Shown one piece after another: positions 14,012 through 15,905 of a DNA stretch of 15,905 bases. The stretch is from Simkaniaceae bacterium (GTDB lineage: Bacteria > Chlamydiota > Chlamydiia > Chlamydiales > Simkaniaceae), in assembly GCA_050248615.1 (NCBI GenBank), contig JBFWSA010000045.1:1-15905 (forward strand), in the 5' to 3' direction. Positions within the stretch are counted from its first letter, which is position 1, and every line of letters begins with the position of its first letter. The notes below the pieces were generated by a model, which ran no database searches, was not told the origin of the DNA, and saw only the letters and a list, made by a program, of their open reading frames with translations. A program made the position numbers and the translations under genes.

Positions 14012-15706
14012 ATGTCTATCCGTGTTCTATCTGACGAGACGATTAATAAGATTGCTGCGGGAGAAGTGGTTGAAAATCCTGCATCTGTTGTCAAGGAACT
14101 TGTAGAAAATGCCATTGATGCCAAGGCCACTTCCATTACCATCGAAATCAAAGGTGGAGGCTTCTTCCTCATTCGAGTTACCGACGATGGAGTGGGGATG
14201 AGTAGGGATGATCTCCTTCTTTGTTTGGAAAGGCATGCAACGTCTAAAATCCGGAGTGCTGAGGATCTAAGTGAGATCCATTCGATGGGTTTTCGTGGAG
14301 AAGCTCTCGCTTCCATTGCTGCGGTTTCAAAGGTGCGGATTCTTTCGTGCATGGAGGAGGGAAGAGTCGGAGGGGAATTGAGCTGTTTTGGAGGGAGATT
14401 AGGAAAGCTACAAGATGCAGCGCGGACAAGAGGAACAACTATTGAAGTCTCTTCCCTTTTTTATAATGTACCCGCACGAAAAAAATTTCAAAAAACCCCT
14501 GCAGCATCAAAAGCAGAAATTCTGAAAATTTTAACGAAAATTGCCCTGGCCCATCCAGAGTGTACATTCAAGTGTTATTCCGATGAGAAAGAGGTCCTCA
14601 CCTCACATCAAGGAACCCTTGAAGAAACCTGTATAGCCGTTTTGGGTGTAGGATTTTTAAAAGGAAGTAGCCCCGTAAGTTTTGAAAAGAACCGATGTGT
14701 GTTGAAGGGACATGTGGGTTCTCCCTTAGAAGGGAGGAAGAATCGTTTGGGACAGTATCTTATTGTGAATGGGCGGGCCGTGATTTGCCCAGAAATTACG
14801 CGAAGCATCTATGAAGCCTATGGGACACGTCTAGGTTCTCAAGAGCACCCCATTTTCGCTTTACATCTTAACTTACCTCCCGAATGGATTGATGTGAATG
14901 TTCACCCGCAAAAAAGAGAGATTCGCTTGCGAGAACAGGGAGTCGTTCATGAAGTTGTAAGGGAAGGGGTGTTGCGGGCTTTACAAGGAAAACCGAAAGA
15001 AATGAAACCCCTTCCAAAGTTTGAACCTTGTGATTGGAGCTTTGTCCCCCCTTTCCGTTTTCAAGAACCACAAGCATTAGACAATCCATCACTTAGTTTT
15101 GACATACCCGGAAAAGAGTTGCCGATTATCGGGCAGTTTGATCATTTTTTATTTTTGGATGGAAGGGGGGTCGAGTTCCATCTCCCTCAGGAAGCTCCCC
15201 CCTATGATGGTGTGATTCTTGTGGATTTAGAAGCGGCTTATGCACGTCTTTTATTCGAAAGATTTTTATCTCCAGATGGGAAAAAACTCCAAGGACTCAT
15301 GATTCCTCTTACATTAGAGTTTTCCCCTCATGAAAGGGAAAAGTTGCATCTCCATTTAAAAGAGATTGAGACGATGGGAATAGAAATGCGCCTCTTCGGA
15401 GAGAATTGTTTTATCGTTGACGCCCTTTCTCCAGAGATTGAGGAGAGCTCTGTTAAACCCCTTCTTCATGAGCTTCTTGAAGTCTTTGATCAAAAAGCTC
15501 CTGAAAAAGAAATACAAAAAAAGCTTGCTTTAACCGTTTCTCGTTATGCAAGATCTCAAAAAAAAGGATGGACCCTTTTAGAGGTAAAGCATGTGGTGAA
15601 ACAGCTATTAAAAAGCGATTCTCCTTACCTTTGTCCCCAAGGGAAACCCACATTTGTGCATTTAAGTTATGGAAGCATCACACAGTTATTTCAAAAAGCG
15701 CGTTAA
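14012..15706 (+). CDS. mutL: DNA mismatch repair protein MutL
   Basis: Motifs INKIAAGEVVENPASVVKELVENAIDA, RHATSKI, GFRGEALASI, LFYNVPARKKF and DVNVHPQKRE. Start at ATG 14012 after SD AAGGAG (14001-14006), not at 13949. Confidence 0.98.
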   Translation: MSIRVLSDETINKIAAGEVVENPASVVKELVENAIDAKATSITIEIKGGGFFLIRVTDDGVGMSRDDLLLCLERHATSKIRSAEDLSEIHSMGFRGEALASIAAVSKVRILSCMEEGRVGGELSCFGGRLGKLQDAARTRGTTIEVSSLFYNVPARKKFQKTPAASKAEILKILTKIALAHPECTFKCYSDEKEVLTSHQGTLEETCIAVLGVGFLKGSSPVSFEKNRCVLKGHVGSPLEGRKNRLGQYLIVNGRAVICPEITRSIYEAYGTRLGSQEHPIFALHLNLPPEWIDVNVHPQKREIRLREQGVVHEVVREGVLRALQGKPKEMKPLPKFEPCDWSFVPPFRFQEPQALDNPSLSFDIPGKELPIIGQFDHFLFLDGRGVEFHLPQEAPPYDGVILVDLEAAYARLLFERFLSPDGKKLQGLMIPLTLEFSPHEREKLHLHLKEIETMGIEMRLFGENCFIVDALSPEIEESSVKPLLHELLEVFDQKAPEKEIQKKLALTVSRYARSQKKGWTLLEVKHVVKQLLKSDSPYLCPQGKPTFVHLSYGSITQLFQKAR

Positions 15707-15905
15707 AAATTTTCGCAAGACTTTTCTTGGATATGGTGTCGATGCATTTCTGATCCAAAACCCAACGGATATTTTTTATTTCACAGGTATTAAGCTTTCA
15801 AAAGGAAAACTGTTTATTGCGCAAAGAAATAGTATCCTTTGAGACGATGGACGCTACACAGAACTAGCGAAAAAAAACTCCCCATTTCCGGTAAAAGCAT
15901 TGGAT
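15669..15905 (+). pseudogene. pepP: Xaa-Pro aminopeptidase (PepP/M24) N-terminal domain, partial, with an in-frame TGA (pseudogene or sequence error)
   Basis: Hand translation from ATG 15669 gives MEASHSYFKKRVKNFRKTFLGYGVDAFLIQNPTDIFYFTGIKLSKGKLFIAQRNSIL*DDGRYTELAKKNSPFPVKALD. The creatinase_N pattern (DAFLI...DIFYFTG...DGRY) is present and TGA lies at 15840-15842. It overlaps the 3' end of mutL. Confidence 0.7.

Noticed and set aside
1254..15753. Numerous 60-125 aa ORFs nested in or antisense to lplA, the GGDEF gene, mnmG, the DUF4396 gene, dnaB, pepF and mutL
   Set aside because: These are shadow ORFs fully overlapping well-supported genes, with no motifs or RBS support.
15840..15842. Selenocysteine or alternative genetic code explanation for the pepP TGA
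   Set aside because: The position is not a catalytic Cys, no convincing SECIS-like hairpin follows, and TGA terminates another gene in this window.

Overview
This is a bacterial chromosomal segment, most likely from an environmental Chlamydiae member (Simkania/Parachlamydia-like). The assignment is inferred from the dnaB...mnmG...lplA and mutL-pepP gene order and the style of the hypothetical proteins. The housekeeping backbone comprises an LplA-family ligase, mnmG, dnaB, tRNA-Ser(GCT), a Nudix hydrolase, an M3B oligoendopeptidase F, mutL and the start of pepP. The ORF track misses several elements: a probable 6S RNA (470-650, +), a structured intergenic region with a candidate sRNA and a 21-aa sORF, a 29-aa AURKAIP1/COX24 (bS22/mS38-like) basic protein, and a partial ORF at the left edge. 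Two accessory insertions stand out. The first is a pseudo-receiver plus catalytically degenerate GGDEF protein with an intact RxxD I-site, together with an exported small protein, inside the mnmG-lplA operon. The second is a three-gene islet between dnaB and mnmG: a DUF4396-like Met/His-rich membrane protein and a divergent pair of candidate host-directed effectors (a U-box/NleG-like plus Sel1-repeat protein, and a tail-anchored caspase-fold His/Cys protease). Other oddities are that pepF seems to lack a canonical start codon for its conserved N-terminus, the MutL endonuclease motifs are degenerate, and pepP has an in-frame TGA. No CRISPR array, IS element or prophage was seen.
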